This document shows positions 1-13,591 of a stretch of 64,000 nucleotides of DNA, piece after piece; positions within the stretch are counted from its first letter, which is position 1; every line of letters begins with the position of its first letter. Source of the DNA: Cetorhinus maximus (lineage: Eukaryota); the NCBI RefSeq assembly GCF_964194155.1, contig NC_135898.1, positions 24,428,001-24,492,000 of the forward strand, read 5' to 3'. The notes beneath the pieces were generated by a model. It was not told where the DNA came from, did no database searches, and was given only the letters and a program-made list of their open reading frames with translations. Made by a program: the position numbers and the translations under genes.

Positions 1-486
1 AATGTTAGCCTTGAATATACTCAACGATTGACCCTCCACGGTTTTCTAGAGAATTCCAAATATTCACAACCCTTTGAGTGAAGAAATTTCTCCTCATCTC
101 AGTCCTAAATGGCCATTCCCTTACCCTGAGACTGACCCCCTAGTTCTAGGATTTCCAGTCACAGGAAACAGCCTCTTAGCATCTCCCCTGTCAGCATCTT
201 ATGATTGGGCAATTCAATCGCTATGGAGGCCTAGCGCTGGTTTTGTAGGCACCTTGCAGCACCTCTTGATTCTTGCATGACCTGTATTTCACCTGAGAGG
301 AAGGGCACACGCACTGAAAATCTTTCAATAGGCACGATGCGAAATTTGCAGGTCCAGGAAGCGTGTTTGCACATCATCCTGCAAACAACAAGCGTTTTGC
401 TACACTAATAATGTTTAACGGGTCATGCACCCAAATTGGAGCTAATGTCATTGCTAAGAGCTTTCTTCGATGACCAAGGCTCTGGA

Positions 487-621
487 AGTTCTGTTGAAGA
501 GTCATACGGACTCGAAACGTTAACTGTGTTCCTCTCCGCAGATGCTGTCAGGCCTGCTGAGTTTTTCCAGGTATTTTTGTTTTTGTTTTGGATTTCCAGC
601 ATCCGCAGTTTTTTGCTTTTA
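487..621 (+). mobile_element. Short Penelope-tail repeat with a hammerhead-like motif
   Basis: Matches the tail of the Penelope copies (GAAACGTTAACTGTG...CAGATGCTG...CCTGCTGAGTTTTTCCAG) and continues into CCAGCATCCGCAG. Confidence 0.75.
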
Positions 622-1889
622 TCTGGAAGTGTCGTGTGTGTCATCAAGATTTAAGACACCAATTGCTCATAAGGGATTGTGCAAATATGTTATGAGGGGG
701 GCAAATGGACAGAAAGCTTGAAGACGTCAGAGCTTCAAAGCTGTGTGTGTATGTGCTCTGCTCCAGGCCAAAGTGACACACTTCCCTTAAAGATATTGCA
801 TGCTGCTACCCCTCAAAGGCATATTACAACAAGAAGCACTCTGGAGTGTCTTAGAAGGTGCTGTGGCAAGTTCCTGGATTAGCCAGAGAGTGTTGCTGTA
901 TCCTCACAGGCAGGGCAGAGGCCTAGCTGATATATCCACATACAACAGGTAACAGGTATGGGGGCAGCAGTGTCAGCACCCCTGCGTCTGCAGGATGACA
1001 GGGAGATGGCGCAGGGGCTTTGGAGAGGGAAAGCTCTACATGATTCCCTTTGCCAGTTTCTAACCGGACTGCTTCATACTCCTTAACTGTGTCAGCAGGC
1101 TGTCTGAAAAGCGAGCCAATTTACCCAGCGTCTCACTGCACCCGCCCATCAACACTTTCCTATATGCCATCCCCACTGAGGCTCTCACATGAGGCCTCTT
1201 TAGGAGATCTTATTTGTGACCTCGCCCTGTGGTGAGCTGGCACACAAGCCATCCTTTCCCTGTGGCCTGGCTGTGACCCACTCAGGCCCTGAAGACTCAC
1301 CATGTGCAGACCCTAACCCTGTGGAACCTTTCAAAGCATACATAACCTGAGGTTTGTGTGAGGGATGACTTGTGGAATGAGAAGCGCAAGCTCCTGTGTT
1401 AACACCATAAGCAGCTTCCTCATCATGCCAGGTCGCAGGGTGAGGGTGAGCTGGATGATGAGTTGGTGTGTTAGGCTGGAAAATACACTACTGTCAACAT
1501 TCACAGGCATGCTGGATGCCAGGGCCCATAGGCACCATGATGCAGGGAACCATCTCCTCTGTGGGGTTTAGGAGATGCAGGCACCCTTGTCCCCATTATG
1601 TCTTCTATTATGCACCGCCTTGTCCTGCAAGAGGGAGGGCAGAATGTCAGTGAATGCATCGCACAGTGTTTGGGGGTTGCGCCTGTCACAGTTGAATATC
1701 TGGAGGCATGTGGATGCAGCTAGAGGTGGATATGAAGCTGGCATAATTGTTAGGTGCATGAGGGTGAATTGGGGCATCTGGATGTTATTCCTGAATCCTG
1801 ATTTTCAGGGAGTACATCTAGGTGAATGATAGGGGTGTGGTGTACTGACAAGATTGAAAGATTGGTTGAATGGCAGGCGGGAGATGTCA

Positions 1890-2135
1890 GATGAAGATGT
1901 ATTCACTGACCTTGACCACCTACATAAGGTCATTAAACTTCTTGTGGCACTGCTGCCAACTCCTCCAGACTCTGGGGGTTGACCTTGCTGGCCACCCACT
2001 CCCACTGCCTTCTCTGAGGGCCTCCTGGTTCTCTGCAAAACCATGGTGCCTCTCCTCCTGTATACCTCCACCGCTAAGGCCTGCAGCCGTCACCCTGGAA
2101 TCCTCCCTCTGCCCTCCTGCTCACTCTGCCATCAT
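1890..2135 (-). mobile_element. Decayed Myb/SANT-like ORF, probably part of a PIF/Harbinger-type DNA transposon relic (the relic may span about 900-2430)
   Basis: Minus-strand fragments translate, across frameshifts, as RQWEWVASKVN...WQQCHKKFNDLM*VVKV, the trihelix W..C.KKFNDL motif. No terminal inverted repeats were identified. Confidence 0.5.
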
Positions 2136-3109
2136 TTACATTGCAGCAATATTCTTCAGTGCAGCTTCCCTTTAAGAGGGACAGGCTGCCTTTAAGAAGA
2201 GAAGGCTGGCTACTCCACATGATTTTTGAACAACACTACTGGGCTCCCCTGCTGAGCGCAAAGGCAGCACCAAGAAGAAGGCAGCAGTGTTGGCCCAGCT
2301 GGGCCAAACATGGCAATCGTGGAGGTGAGGTGGGTGTGCCAAAGTTATTTGCTGCACATTTCGATCTGAGTGGGTAGGTCAGAAATCGAGACTGCTATGC
2401 CCAAAACACAGGGCACATGAATTCATATACCTACAATGCTTCCCATTCCCTCCCCTTTAATTGATTGCAGTGAATACAGATTCAATTAATCTTTCAAAAA
2501 GTCAAAGCTGTTTCTGAATTAACAGGAAGAGGAGAACATGACTGATACCAAGAGAGGAGTTTATGACGACATTTAACATCCCCAGGATTTACTTAACTGT
2601 GACTTTGGCTGTTGAGAATGTTGATCCAATGAATTACATACTGTCATGACTTTAATAACAGATTGTTGAAATTGGTATTGCGTAAATGAGATTTGCCATC
2701 AACTTGGAACAGTTCCAGAGAAGCTGAAACTATACACAGTGCTGAATGATAAGCTGAAATATTTTAATAATGTATTATCCGCAATTTACATTTTAAAACA
2801 AAGGAATTTCAGCCATGCAGCACTCATTTTTCAGGCACTCAACAGTCTCCTAAGTGCCTGATAAGGCAGACAGTAAGCGCAGGCTCCTTACCAGTCAGAA
2901 GTAGACCACTTGCCATCTTCATATGGGCAGTTCTGTTATGACAGGAGCACTTGTTGGAATAATACAAAGTGCTGATATTTTATGTTAATTATGGAACCAG
3001 TACAAGACTCGTTGTGTGCTGAACTCACCCAGCAACACTTAACACTAATTGGGGAGAAGGGCCCTTCGCCAGTGCTCTTTAAAGGTTCCTGCGCCACTAA
3101 TTAGAGTCA

Positions 3110-3630
3110 TTCTTAGCACAAAGGAAGATGATTGTGGTTGTTGGAGACCAATCATCTCAGCCCTAGGACATCACTGCAAGAGTTCCTCAGACTAGTGTCC
3201 TAGTCCCAGCCATCTTCAGCTGCTTCATCACTGACCTTCCCTCCATCATAAGGTCAGAAGTGGGGATGTTCACTGATGATTGCGGTGTTCATTCACAATT
3301 CCTCAGATAAAGATGACAATGCTTGGGTCTGAGAAGAGGTAGATTTCTGTACACAAATGCCATGCAATGACCATCCCAACAAGATTCTAATCGCCTCCCC
3401 ATGACAGTCAATGGCACTATCATTGTTGAATCCACTACTGGGCTCACTATTGATAAGAAATGGAACTGGACCAGCTAATGAACATTGAGCAGGTTGGGAA
3501 TGGGGCATCCTGTGGCAAAAGATTCACCTCCTGACTTCCAACTCCTCCAATTAGGCACAACTCAGGAGTGGATGGGCACTAAATGCTGACCTAACCAGTG
3601 AGGCCCACATCCCATGAATGAATAAATATC
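3110..3630 (+). mobile_element. Degenerate CR1-type LINE 3' fragment
   Basis: GTTCCTCAGACTAGTGTCCTAGTCCCAGCCATCTTCAGCTGCTTCATCACTGACCTT...GGGATGTTCACTGATGAT is a remnant of VPQGSVLGP..F..FINDL..MFADD; ends in a CCCACATCCCATGAATGAAT tail. Confidence 0.75.
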
Positions 3631-5067
3631 TTTTAAAATTAGAGCTTAGCAACTGTTTTGCCATTTCAGTATGCTGGTTAACTTCTGACCTGATTCTGTA
3701 TTAGTTTCTGAGAGAAGTCACTGGACAGTAATCAGGAACACTAATCTTAGCTAATTCTCTTCTATAATTCAGGACCACTGCAACTTTGGTGAAAATCAAC
3801 TAACACAGCAAAGAAAAATGGTCAAATCTTAACTGTAAGTCATTGGATGCCACCCTCATTTTCATGCATTAAGTTATTGAGTATAAAATACACATTGCTA
3901 CATCAAGCAAAGTGCTTCTTCCAAAGCTATTGTAACAACCTAGACAGTTCACTAGACCGTATCTGACGATCTGAGTTTAGACCTTAAGGCGCCTTTTCTG
4001 TAGTTACAGTTCATCTTTTTTTAAAAAAGCTCACGAGTGCTTCTAGAAGAATCCCCTGATTTAAAAGCTCTTTAGGGGCAGAAATGTTGAGGATGTGCAA
4101 AACAAACCTATTTCCTGTGAAAGAGCTTTGCAATGGACGATACTTGTGTTTCACTTCCTTTTAATCTGCTTTCCCAATTTGTGTTCTTTTCTGATTCAGA
4201 GTTAGCTAGCATCAGGAATGACGACTGGGAAATTACCGGATTGTTGTAAAATCCATTTGGTTCGCTGAAGGAAATCGGCCATCTTTACCCCATTTGACCT
4301 ACATGTGACTTGGAGACGCACTGCAATGTTGGTTGACCCCTAACTGGCCTAGCAGACTTATTGCAATGACGATCTCGATGTGCGGCTTGCAACTGACGGG
4401 CGGAGTGGACCATTTGCAAATTGGTTTCATGATGTCGTGAAACAGATTTTTGGCCTCCCTGCCATAATGTCTGCTCACGCCCGGCGCCAGAGGGCATGGA
4501 AAATTCCTATGGGTGAATAGCTCCACTGCCTCGTGGATACCTTGGGAGAGTTGAGCACTAGGGGAGTGAACCCTGATAAAAAATCTGAAGTGGAACCCAA
4601 AGGATGACTGATGTCTAAATAAGTCATCTTTCCAGCAACATCTGCAACTAAGCCGGTGCCAAGCATAGTGCTCTACATTCCTTTGGATTCAACCGGGGAG
4701 GTCAAGAGGGGGACCCTAACATCTGGGAAACCCAGGGTCACCATCAATTTTGCCCACACTTGTGTTCTGAAGAGAACAATCCAGTTTAGCTGCAGAGCAT
4801 TAACACAACACAGGAGGCAACAGTTATGAGTGGTAAGCCCAAATTGATTGGCATAGAGGATGGGCGCTGTGGACCGTCTCTGATGGTGAGAAGGACCACT
4901 GTGTCCCACTGACCAGCCACTGCCCACCTCAAATCAGGCAGCCCCCAACTAGTAAAGATGCTGACCCGCCACAGTCCATCTGCTTAGAATCATTGTTCAG
5001 TAAGTGGATAGAATCGGATCCACGATTGCTCGCGCCCACTCCCACTCTGCCAACCTCCCACCACCAT

Positions 5068-5122
5068 GCACCCCACCCCCCCACCCCCGCACCCCCCCCC
5101 CCCCCCCCACCCCCCGACCCCC
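5068..5122. repeat. C-rich low-complexity tract (G-runs on the minus strand)
   Basis: Interrupted poly-C; this accounts for the poly-Pro and poly-Gly ORFs in the track. Confidence 0.85.
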
Positions 5123-5364
5123 ACTCCATCAAATGGAAAATTCAGGCCATAGATGTTTACAGCACAGAAGGAGGACATTCGGCCCATCGTGTCCACGCTG
5201 GTCAACAAAGATCTGACAACACTAATCCCATTTTCTAGTGCTTGGCCCATAGCCCCGGAGGCTATGACAACGCAAACGAATGTCTAAAACCTTTTAAATG
5301 TTACGAGAGTTTCTGACTCAACCACCTTTTGAGGCAGTGAGTTCTAGACTCCCACCATCCTCTG

Positions 5365-6965
5365 GGTGCAATTATTTACAATATATATTAATGACTTGGA
5401 TGAGGGAAATGAATGTACTAATGCCAAGTTTGCGGATGACACAAAAATCGGTGGGAAGGCAAGTGGTGAGGATGACACAGAGAATCTACAGAGGGGTATA
5501 GACAGGCTAAGTGGGTGTGCAAAAACTTGGCAGATGTAATTGTTGACTCTGTCTTTGAGTACAACTGACGTACGGATCAACAAGTCTTATTACCGGTAGT
5601 GCGTTTTAAGTCAACATTATTATATCACACAGACTTACTTAAAAGTGCTCTACCAAAATAATTCTAAAAGCGTACACAGTTTGGAATGTAGTGATACTAC
5701 CCGTTCAAGGAGAGGTGATCAGTCTCTGGCTTGGCCGTAGATCTTGTCACTAAGCCCCTTACTCAGGGTCCACTTTGCGAGGATTTTTCCTGCAGCTCTT
5801 CATTGTCCAAATCTCCGAAGTTCCTTCTTTTATACAGTTGCACCCAGCATTGAGAGCATTCTTAATCACAAACTCGTGTGAGTCGTGGTCATCCACTTAC
5901 TGAGTGATAAGTGTAAAACAGGTTACATCTGTTACATTGTTCCATTAAGTTAGTTTCTCATTTGTGTTGATTCATCCAGTGGAGGGGTGGGTGGGTACCT
6001 TCTGTCCCCTGCAATCAACCGCCCCTTCCCGTTTTGCTGATAGCACACATTCCATTCCTGCGCACTGCTCCTATGTTGACATCCTTTACCATCAAGCTCC
6101 ATGAATGTTGCAGCTTGCTTAGTCTTTCCGGCTACAGAATATAATGTGGGAAAATGTGCGGTTATGCGCTTTGGCAGGAAGAATAGAGGAGCTGAATATT
6201 ATTTAAATGGAGAAAGGCTGCAGCACAGAGGGATTTGGGGGTCCTCGGGCATGAATCCCAAAAAGCAGTATACAAAAAGCTGTATACACGTTCAGCAGGT
6301 AATAGGAAAGGCAAATGGGATGTTGGCCTTTATTCCAAAGGGAATGGAATATAAAAATAGGGAGGTCTTGCTAAAACTATACAAGGCACTAGTTAGACCA
6401 CATCTAGAATACTGTGAACAATTTTGGTCCCCTTATCGGAGGAAAGATATACTGGCAGTGGAGGCAGTCCAGAGAAGGTTCACTAGGTTGATCCCGGGTA
6501 TGGCAGGATTTTCTTATGAGGAGAGGTTGAGTAGGTTGGGCCTGTATTCATTGGAGTTTAGAAGAATGAGAGGCGACCTCATTAAAACATATCCGATTCT
6601 TAGGGGGCTTAACAGGGTAGATGCTGAGAGGTTGTTTCCTCTTGTGGGAGAGTCTAGGACCAGAGGGCATAATCTAGAGTAAGGGGTCACCCATTTAAGA
6701 CAGAGGTGAGGAGGAATTTCTTCTCTCAGAGGGTAGTCAATCTGTAGAATTCTTTACCGCAGAGGGCTGTAGAGGCTGGGTCATTAAGTATATTCAAGGC
6801 TGAGATGGATAGATTTTTAATCAGTAAGGGCATCAAGGGTTATGAGGAAAAGACAGGAAAGTGGAGTTGAGGATTATCGGATCAGACATGATCTCATTGA
6901 ATGGCGGAGCAGACTCGATGGGCCAAATGGCCTACTTCTGCTCTTACTTCTTATGGTCCCATGGT
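5365..6965 (+). mobile_element. CR1 LINE 3' fragment (RT C-terminus and 3' UTR) interrupted by a solo LTR
   Basis: Encodes FTIYINDLD...KFADDTK and, in ORF 6101-6682, LYKALVRPHLEYC..FWSP...VQRRFTRLIPGM..SYEERL..LGLYSLEFRRMRGDLI. Confidence 0.92.
5541..6136. mobile_element. Solo LTR (596 bp) inserted in CR1
   Basis: TGT...ACA termini flanked by TAAT/GAAT (4-bp TSD with one mismatch). Removing it restores the CR1 sequence TGGCAGATG-GAATATAATGTGGG. Confidence 0.72.
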
Positions 6966-7275
6966 ACTCTATGCCCCCATTAATAAAGCCTAAGATACTG
7001 TATGCATTATTAACCTGGCTCTCAACCTGTCCTGCCACCTTCAATGATTTATACACATATGCACACACGTCCCTCTGCTCCTGCACCCACTTTAGAATTG
7101 TACCCTTTATTTTATATTGTCTCCCCCATGTTCTTCCTACCAAAATGAATTACTTCACATTTCTCCGCATTGAACTTCATCTGCCACTTGTCCGCCCTTT
7201 CCACCAACCTGTCTGCGTTCTTTTAAAGTTCTTCACAATCCTCCTCAGAGTTTATAATGCTTCCAAGTTTCATAT
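6962..7275 (-). mobile_element. CR1 LINE fragment, opposite orientation
   Basis: ORF 6874-7143 reads YKIKGTILKWVQEQRDVCAYV...NNAYSILGFINGGIEY. Confidence 0.8.
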
Positions 7276-7961
7276 CAACCACATCTCATATCATCTTCTC
7301 AGCCCATTGTCTTCCTCTACAGTAAATGTGACAGTGACTGCCATGCCAGAGTGAAGCTCCTGAGCTACACCAGAATCACAGAATCACACAGTGTAGAAAA
7401 GGCCCTTCGGCCCATCGAGTCTGCACCGACACGTGAGAAACACCTGATCTACCTACCTAATCAGGCGATGCTTAACACAGAGTTGGCCATCACGGTGTAA
7501 AATATTGTCTTACCAGACAGAAGGCTGCCACAATCCTTAACAATATTGAGAAAATGTGTCAAAGGCCTAGCTTCGTTTGACAGGACAAATCCTGAGGACA
7601 AATAAAATGAGCAAGGCACAACCAGAGTTGTAAAGCAGCGGTTCCCAAACCATGGATTATGCAGAAACAGCAAATGAGGTTGTGAGCTCCCCATTCTTCG
7701 AGACTACGCCCTACACCAGCTCCGAGGCTCAGGCAGCCATGCCCTCGCCTGGCTCATCTCTCAGTCTTTTTCTCCGGGCCAAGGGCTCCTGCTCATGGTC
7801 CTTCACTGGGACTTCTGGGGAGCTTGGCTGAAACCTCAGTGGCCAGTAGCTCTTGCGCATTATGTGCTAACCCTGTTTAGAAGCGCTCCTCTTTCTTCAT
7901 TAAGTCTGTTCCCGACCATGAACCTGGCTGCGATGCCTCTGCTGAGCTGCAGCCTGTCTGA

Positions 7962-8081
<120 letters not shown>

Positions 8082-9769
8082 TGAAGTAATGGCCTGATGA
8101 GTACATAAAATAATAACATTTTTACAAAGTATTTTAAGAACACAGATTTTCATATTTGTGTGATATTTGATATGTTGATCTACAATATGCAAACTTTAAT
8201 ATTAAATACTTCATGTTACTATGCTGCTTTATTGCTGTTTTGTTTTGGTTGGTGCCTGGGGCCATGTTAATTTTCAAGTATCAAAATGGGGTCATGTTGG
8301 AAATCAATTTAGGAAGCGATGCTGCAAAGTGTGGGAGATGAGAGAAGACTAGTCAAAAAATTGTGATCAGGGGAGATAAAGAGGTCTATAGTCTGGAAAA
8401 ATACCTGTGAGAAAATGCAGGTGAATCTTTGCATCATTGTGTAATAAAATTGTGAACACATCCCGCATAAATCTGTTTACAGTTTCACTACACAGCAAGC
8501 ACTCCTACTAAATCTCCATGAATAGGTGAGAAAGAAGGTCTATGATTTGGCAACTCAAGGTGAGTGAGAGGGGAGAGCTCAGAGCAGGGATCAAGGTAGT
8601 GTAGGGAAAATAGAGGAACCAAAAGCAACTGAGAGAAGTTGCAAAGCAAACAGGGAAGAGGGTTGTGTAGTGCTGTGAGGACAGAGCGTAGAGGTAACTG
8701 CCACAACAGCTGCAGCTTAGTTTGGGCATGAGTTGCACTTTGTACTGGAACAATATGACCTAAACTTTCCACAAACCAGAACCACTTCACCACTCCAAAT
8801 CTCTCTGATTTCAGTTCTGAAACTGTGCCCTCGGATAAGCAGTGGCCCTTCCAGTGTGGCCTCTTCCATCCAGACTGCGCTTGATCAAACTGTAGCAAAC
8901 AATTAGCCAGTCTTTGTGGTCTTGTTGAACTATCTTCGCTGAGCCTTTTAGATGGCTCAAAGCAGCTGGGAGGAGAATGCCAGATTTGTTGGCGATGTCC
9001 GAATTCCCACTCCCTTACAGCTGCCAGCCTGACTTCATTCCTGTGTGCTTCAGGTGGGAAGTGGATTTGGAACTTGAAATGAAGCCAACAGGACAGTTTC
9101 CAATTGTGGGCTTTAGTGTGTTAGTTAGTCCCCCTAACTAATGCCAGAATGCTTGCTAATGAAATCTCAGGGTTAACTTTAATTCAGGGGCGATCAGTGC
9201 ATGAGCTGGGGTGCTCAAAGCAAGGGGTGCAACTATGAGGAAGTGAAGTCTGGATGCTTTTAATGGACGGACCTCACTTTAAACTTGTCTCCTGCCTTAA
9301 ACGGGCAGGAATGGGATCAGGGCTGGAGCAGTAGTGGGAAATTCAGGTGGGAGCCAGACATCATCAGGGACCACAGGGAACGATCCCCAGTGTCATGCAT
9401 GCTGGAGAGCTGAGGGTCCATAGACAAATGGTGGTGTGAGGATGGAGGTGGAGGGCAGTGAACAAAGAGGCCTAAGGATTCTTTCAGGGTCCCAGGGGAG
9501 CACCTCTTGCACCTCCTATCTCCCAAGGAAGCAAAGAATCGATCTGAGCTTGGCTTCTGCTGACAACTGTGCTGCCTCCTGCCAGGTTTCTCTGATAGCT
9601 TAGTCCCAGCAGTCCTCACTCTGAGTCAGAGTTAAAATAGCATCAAGGGATTGATTCAAAATGAGGCCCCCAACACTTTTAACAAGAACCTCAACCAGCT
9701 CGAAAGTCAGGGGAAGTGACGATGAATGGAGACCAGGAAGGGAACTGCTGCAGGGTAATTGTTTTTTCT

Positions 9770-10190
9770 CGTGATATGAGCATGACTGGTAAGGCCAGAA
9801 TTCATCACCCATCCCTAATTGCCCCTTCTTGAACCACTCCAGTCCATGAAGCGTTTTTTTCTGCAGTGGTTTGATACAACTGAGCGGCTTGCTAGGCCAT
9901 TTCAGAGGGCAGTTAAGTGTCAACAACATTGTTGTGGGTCTGGAGTCACATGTAGGCCAGACCACGTAAGGGTGGCAGATTTCCTTCCCTAAAGGGCATT
10001 AGCGTACCGCATGTGTTTTATAATAATTCGGTAGTTTCATGATCATTATTAATAAGACCCGCATTTTATTCCAGATTCACTAATTATTTGAATTTAAATT
10101 CTTGCACCCACTGTGGTGACATTTGAACTCATGTCTCCAAAGCATTCATCCAGGCCTCTGGTTTACTAGTCCAGTTGACTGTGCTACTGT
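9770..10190 (-). mobile_element. tRNA-headed SINE with a CR1-like tail; other copies at about 13790-14150 and the equivalent position in each unit
   Basis: Shared core CCCATCCCTAATTGCCC...GTGGGTCTGGAGTCACATGTAGGCCAGACC...GAATTTAAATT. B-box-like (T)TTGAACTC at the right end. Confidence 0.7.
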
Positions 10191-11465
10191 TCTTCTAAGT
10201 GGACTCATCCAATTTTAAACCCTCACTGTTCCTACCCAGGTTTTGAGCCATTTGCTTCAGTCTAGCTCCCACAATCGTAAAGGCAACATGTAGCTGAGAA
10301 GTAGAGACCATGAAGGCCTCAGTTTGTGCTGAGTTAGTTGCCCTCACCAGGGGTAGCCGCAGAGATGCTATGATTGGCCTCAAGGCCCCAGCATTCGGAA
10401 GAAGAACGTCATTCAGACAGAGTTCCCATTCCTGTTTGCTGGCCGACAAAGTTGCTAAGGGGTGGGATGAGTTGTTACCATTCGATGCTACCAGGATACA
10501 ATGGTGGTGATGCTCCCTCCATTCCAGCTGACACTCACTATCTCAGATCACCCACGAGGCCATGAGGCAGGTTATATGCATAGAATCGAGCAAGATCGCA
10601 CAAAAGCAGGAATTAATTCAGACATGTAAAAACACAAAGGTTTAGGGGGTAAACCTTCTGACTTTGTATTCCAAACCTCAGCCTCAACAAGCTGGGGATC
10701 AAATAGTTTTTGCACGGTTTACCAACCATCTACTTTATTAGTTGGATAATTAAGCACAGTGCGTCCCAGATTTTCGGTCACATCATTTTATTCGTTATCA
10801 TAGATGGATTATGTAAACCCCTCTAGCAATAAATTGCATATGTTTCCTCATTTCATGCTGTGAAATAACCTCTCATGTTGTATTCTGTTGAGCAGAGACT
10901 AGAAAATGCACTTAAAACTTTCGTTTAGGAAAGGAGCAGGTTTTCTAGCAGCCTGAGTGATTGCCTTAAAGGATGTAGGACCGGGTGTATGTGAATATTG
11001 AGCAAAGCAGGTCCAGTCATGAACTCTTTCGCCACCATTGACCCTGATTTTAACTCTTACAGAATTGTTTGGGCTGGGATTGAGCTGAATGAAAACCCCC
11101 TGACCTTGAAACCCAGCAGGTTTCAACTCACAGACTTATCAGCATTGGCCCCAAAATGGATGGCCACTGGGTAGTGGGATACCGTGGGGCAGGAGGATGG
11201 GTAAGAAGCTGGTGAAAGGATCCTGCCAGTTTCCACCAGGCACGCAGGGTTCAAAACGCCACTGAAGATTTAGATGCTGCCTCCACGTGCAATAAAAACC
11301 AGAAAATATTGTAATTATTCAGCAGCTCTGCTTGGACAGGTTATGGGAAAGGATAGGTTAAACCTGCAGGAGCTCAGCAGTATGTGGAAATTTAACTTGT
11401 CCTTTCTCACTGCAGGATCTGATAGATGTGATGAGTTTTTCCAACGTTTCTATTTCCTTTGATGA

Positions 11466-12440
11466 GTGTCAGCCCTGGCCTCTCGCCTCTGAATCGCAAG
11501 GTTCCAGGTTATCTAAATGGTGAGGGATTGCAGAGCTCTGAGATGCGGAGGGATCTGGGTGTCTTAGTGCATGAATCACAAATGGTTAGTATGCAGGTGC
11601 AGCAGGAAATTAGGAAAGCTAATAGAATGTCATCATTTACTGTGAGGGAAATTGATTACAAAAGGAGAGAGGTTTTGCTTCCGTTGTACAGGGCATTGGT
11701 GAGGTCACATCTGGAGTCTTGTGTACAGTACTGGTTTCCTTATTTAAAGAAAGATGTAAATGCATTACAAGCGGTTCAGAGAAAGCTTACTAGACTAATG
11801 CCAAGAATGGATGGGTTGTCTTATGAGGAAAGGTTGGACAGGTTAGGCTTGTACCTACTAGAATTTAGAAAAGTAAGAGGCGACTTAATTGAAACCTTTA
11901 AGATCCTGAGGGGTCTTGACAGGGTGGATGTGGAGAGGATGTTTCCTCTTGTGGGAGAATCTAGAACTAGGGGTCACTGTTTAAAAATAAGGGGTCACTC
12001 ACTTAAGGCAGAGATGAGGAGAATTTTTTTCTCTCAGATGGCAGTGAGTCTTTGGAACTCTCTTCATCAAAAGGCGGTGGAAGCAGAACCTTTGAATATT
12101 TTTAAGGCAGAGCTAAGATAGATTCTTGATTAACAAGGGGATGAAAGGTTGTCGGGGGTAGGCAGGAATTTGGGGTTGAGGTTACATTCAGATCAGGCAT
12201 GATCTTATTGAATGGCAGAGAAGGTTCAAGCAGCCTACTCCTGCTATTAATTCGTATGTGCGCATGTACAAGTTCTACTCCAGGGCTCGAACACAAAAGT
12301 CAAGACTGACACTCCAGTGCAGTACTGAAGGTGTGCTGCACTGTCAGAAGTACCAGCTTTCAGATACGACAATAAACTGAGGGCCCCATCTGCCTGTTAG
12401 TGTGGATGTAAAAGATCCAATGGCACGACTTCAAAGAAGT
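11466..12440 (+). mobile_element. Deu-domain-like tRNA SINE split by the CR1 insertion
   Basis: The head (GTGTCAGCC...CTCGCCTCTGAATCGCAAGGTTCCAGGTT, 11466-11510) resumes at about 12269 with CAAGTTCTACTCCAG...AAACTGAGGCCCC...GTAAAAGATCCAATGGCAC. Family assignment is from recalled consensus. Confidence 0.6.
11511..12268 (+). mobile_element. CR1 LINE 3' fragment
   Basis: ORF 11459-12121 reads RDLGVLVH...LYRALVRSHLESCVQYW...SYEERLDRLGL...RGDLIETFKIL...RTRGH, followed by a CR1-type 3' UTR. Confidence 0.92.
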
Positions 12441-12444
12441 GTAG

Positions 12445-13459
12445 ATTTGAAAACAGGAATGAAAATCTAAGCGACCACAGAGGGGTGATAGGGGAACAGG
12501 ACTTGGTGTGAGTTAAGACATGGGGGCAGAGTTTTGGATGAGCTCAAGTTCACAGACGGTAGAACGTGGGAGACCAGCCAGCATTGTGTTGGAATAGTCG
12601 ATTCTTGAGGTAACGAAGGCAGGGATGAGGGTTTCAGCAGCAGATGAGCTTGGACAAGGTCAGAGTCAGGCAATGTTATAGAAATGGAAATAGATGATCG
12701 TAATGATGGCACAGGAATATGATCAGAAGCTCATCTCAAGGCCAAATGTGACAGCTGAATCACAAACAGATACTGGAGAGAGGGATGGCATGACTGGGGA
12801 ACAAAGTTCATGGAGGCAACCAAAGACAATGAATTTGGTCTTCTGAATATTCAATTGAAGGAGATTGCTGCTCATGCAGCACTGGATGCCAGACAAGCAG
12901 TCAGTGAAGGAGTCGAGAGGGATGGTGGTGAGTGGAGCTGGAAATGATCAACATACATGTGAAAACTAACACTGTTACTTTGGATGATGTCACCGAGAGT
13001 ATGTAGGTGAGAAATAGGTGGGGCCAAGGATAGATACTTGGGGGACAGCAAAGGTAACGGTGCGGGAGCAGGAAGAAAAGCCAATATAGGTGATTTTCTG
13101 GCTATGATTAGATAGATAAGAATAGAAGCAGGGGAGAGGAGTCCCACTCAGCTGGACGACAGTGTAGAGGCATTGGAGGAGGATGGTGAAGTCAACCATG
13201 TCAAATGGCACAGAGAGGTGGAGAAGAATAAGGAGGAACTTATCATCATCGCAGTCACGTAGGATTTCATTTGTGACTTTGATAAAAAACCTTTTCAGTA
13301 CTGTGGAGCCGGGAGTGGGGGGTGCAAAACCTGATTGGAGGATTCAAACATGGAGTTGTGTGACAGGTAATTGGTAGGTGACATCACATGCAAGGACATT
13401 GGAGATGAAAGGGAGGTTGGAGAGGGGATAGCAGCTTGTAGGGACAGAGAGGTCAAGAT
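12445..13459 (-). mobile_element. Degenerate L2-clade LINE reverse transcriptase fragment
   Basis: Minus-strand fragments read FDMVDFTILLQCL...SYLSNHSQ...VPQVSILGP and LGDII....SFHMYVD(H)FQL, remnants of the RT motifs VPQGSVLGP and YADD. Confidence 0.8.
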
Positions 13460-13591
13460 AAAAGCAAAATACTGCGGATGCTGGAAATCAAAAACAAAAA
13501 CAGAAAATGCTGGAAAAACTCAGCAGATCTAACAGCATTTGTGGAGAGATAAACAGAGTTAACGTTTCGAGTCCGTATGACTCTTCTTCTT
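13460..13591 (-). mobile_element. Short Penelope-tail repeat at the unit junction (also at about 25873, 39388 and 51829)
   Basis: AAAAGCAAAATACTGCGGATGCTGGAAAT...AACGTTTCGAGTCCGTATGACTCTTC is the reverse complement of the 487-621 family. Confidence 0.78.

Noticed and set aside
4929-5250. Poly-Pro and poly-Gly ORFs
   Set aside because: Artefacts of a poly-C tract next to a reversed CR1 tail.
6101-6682. 193-aa ORF (and the 220-aa ORF at 11459-12121) as host genes
   Set aside because: Both are C-terminal fragments of CR1 ORF2 with chance start codons in flanking repeats.
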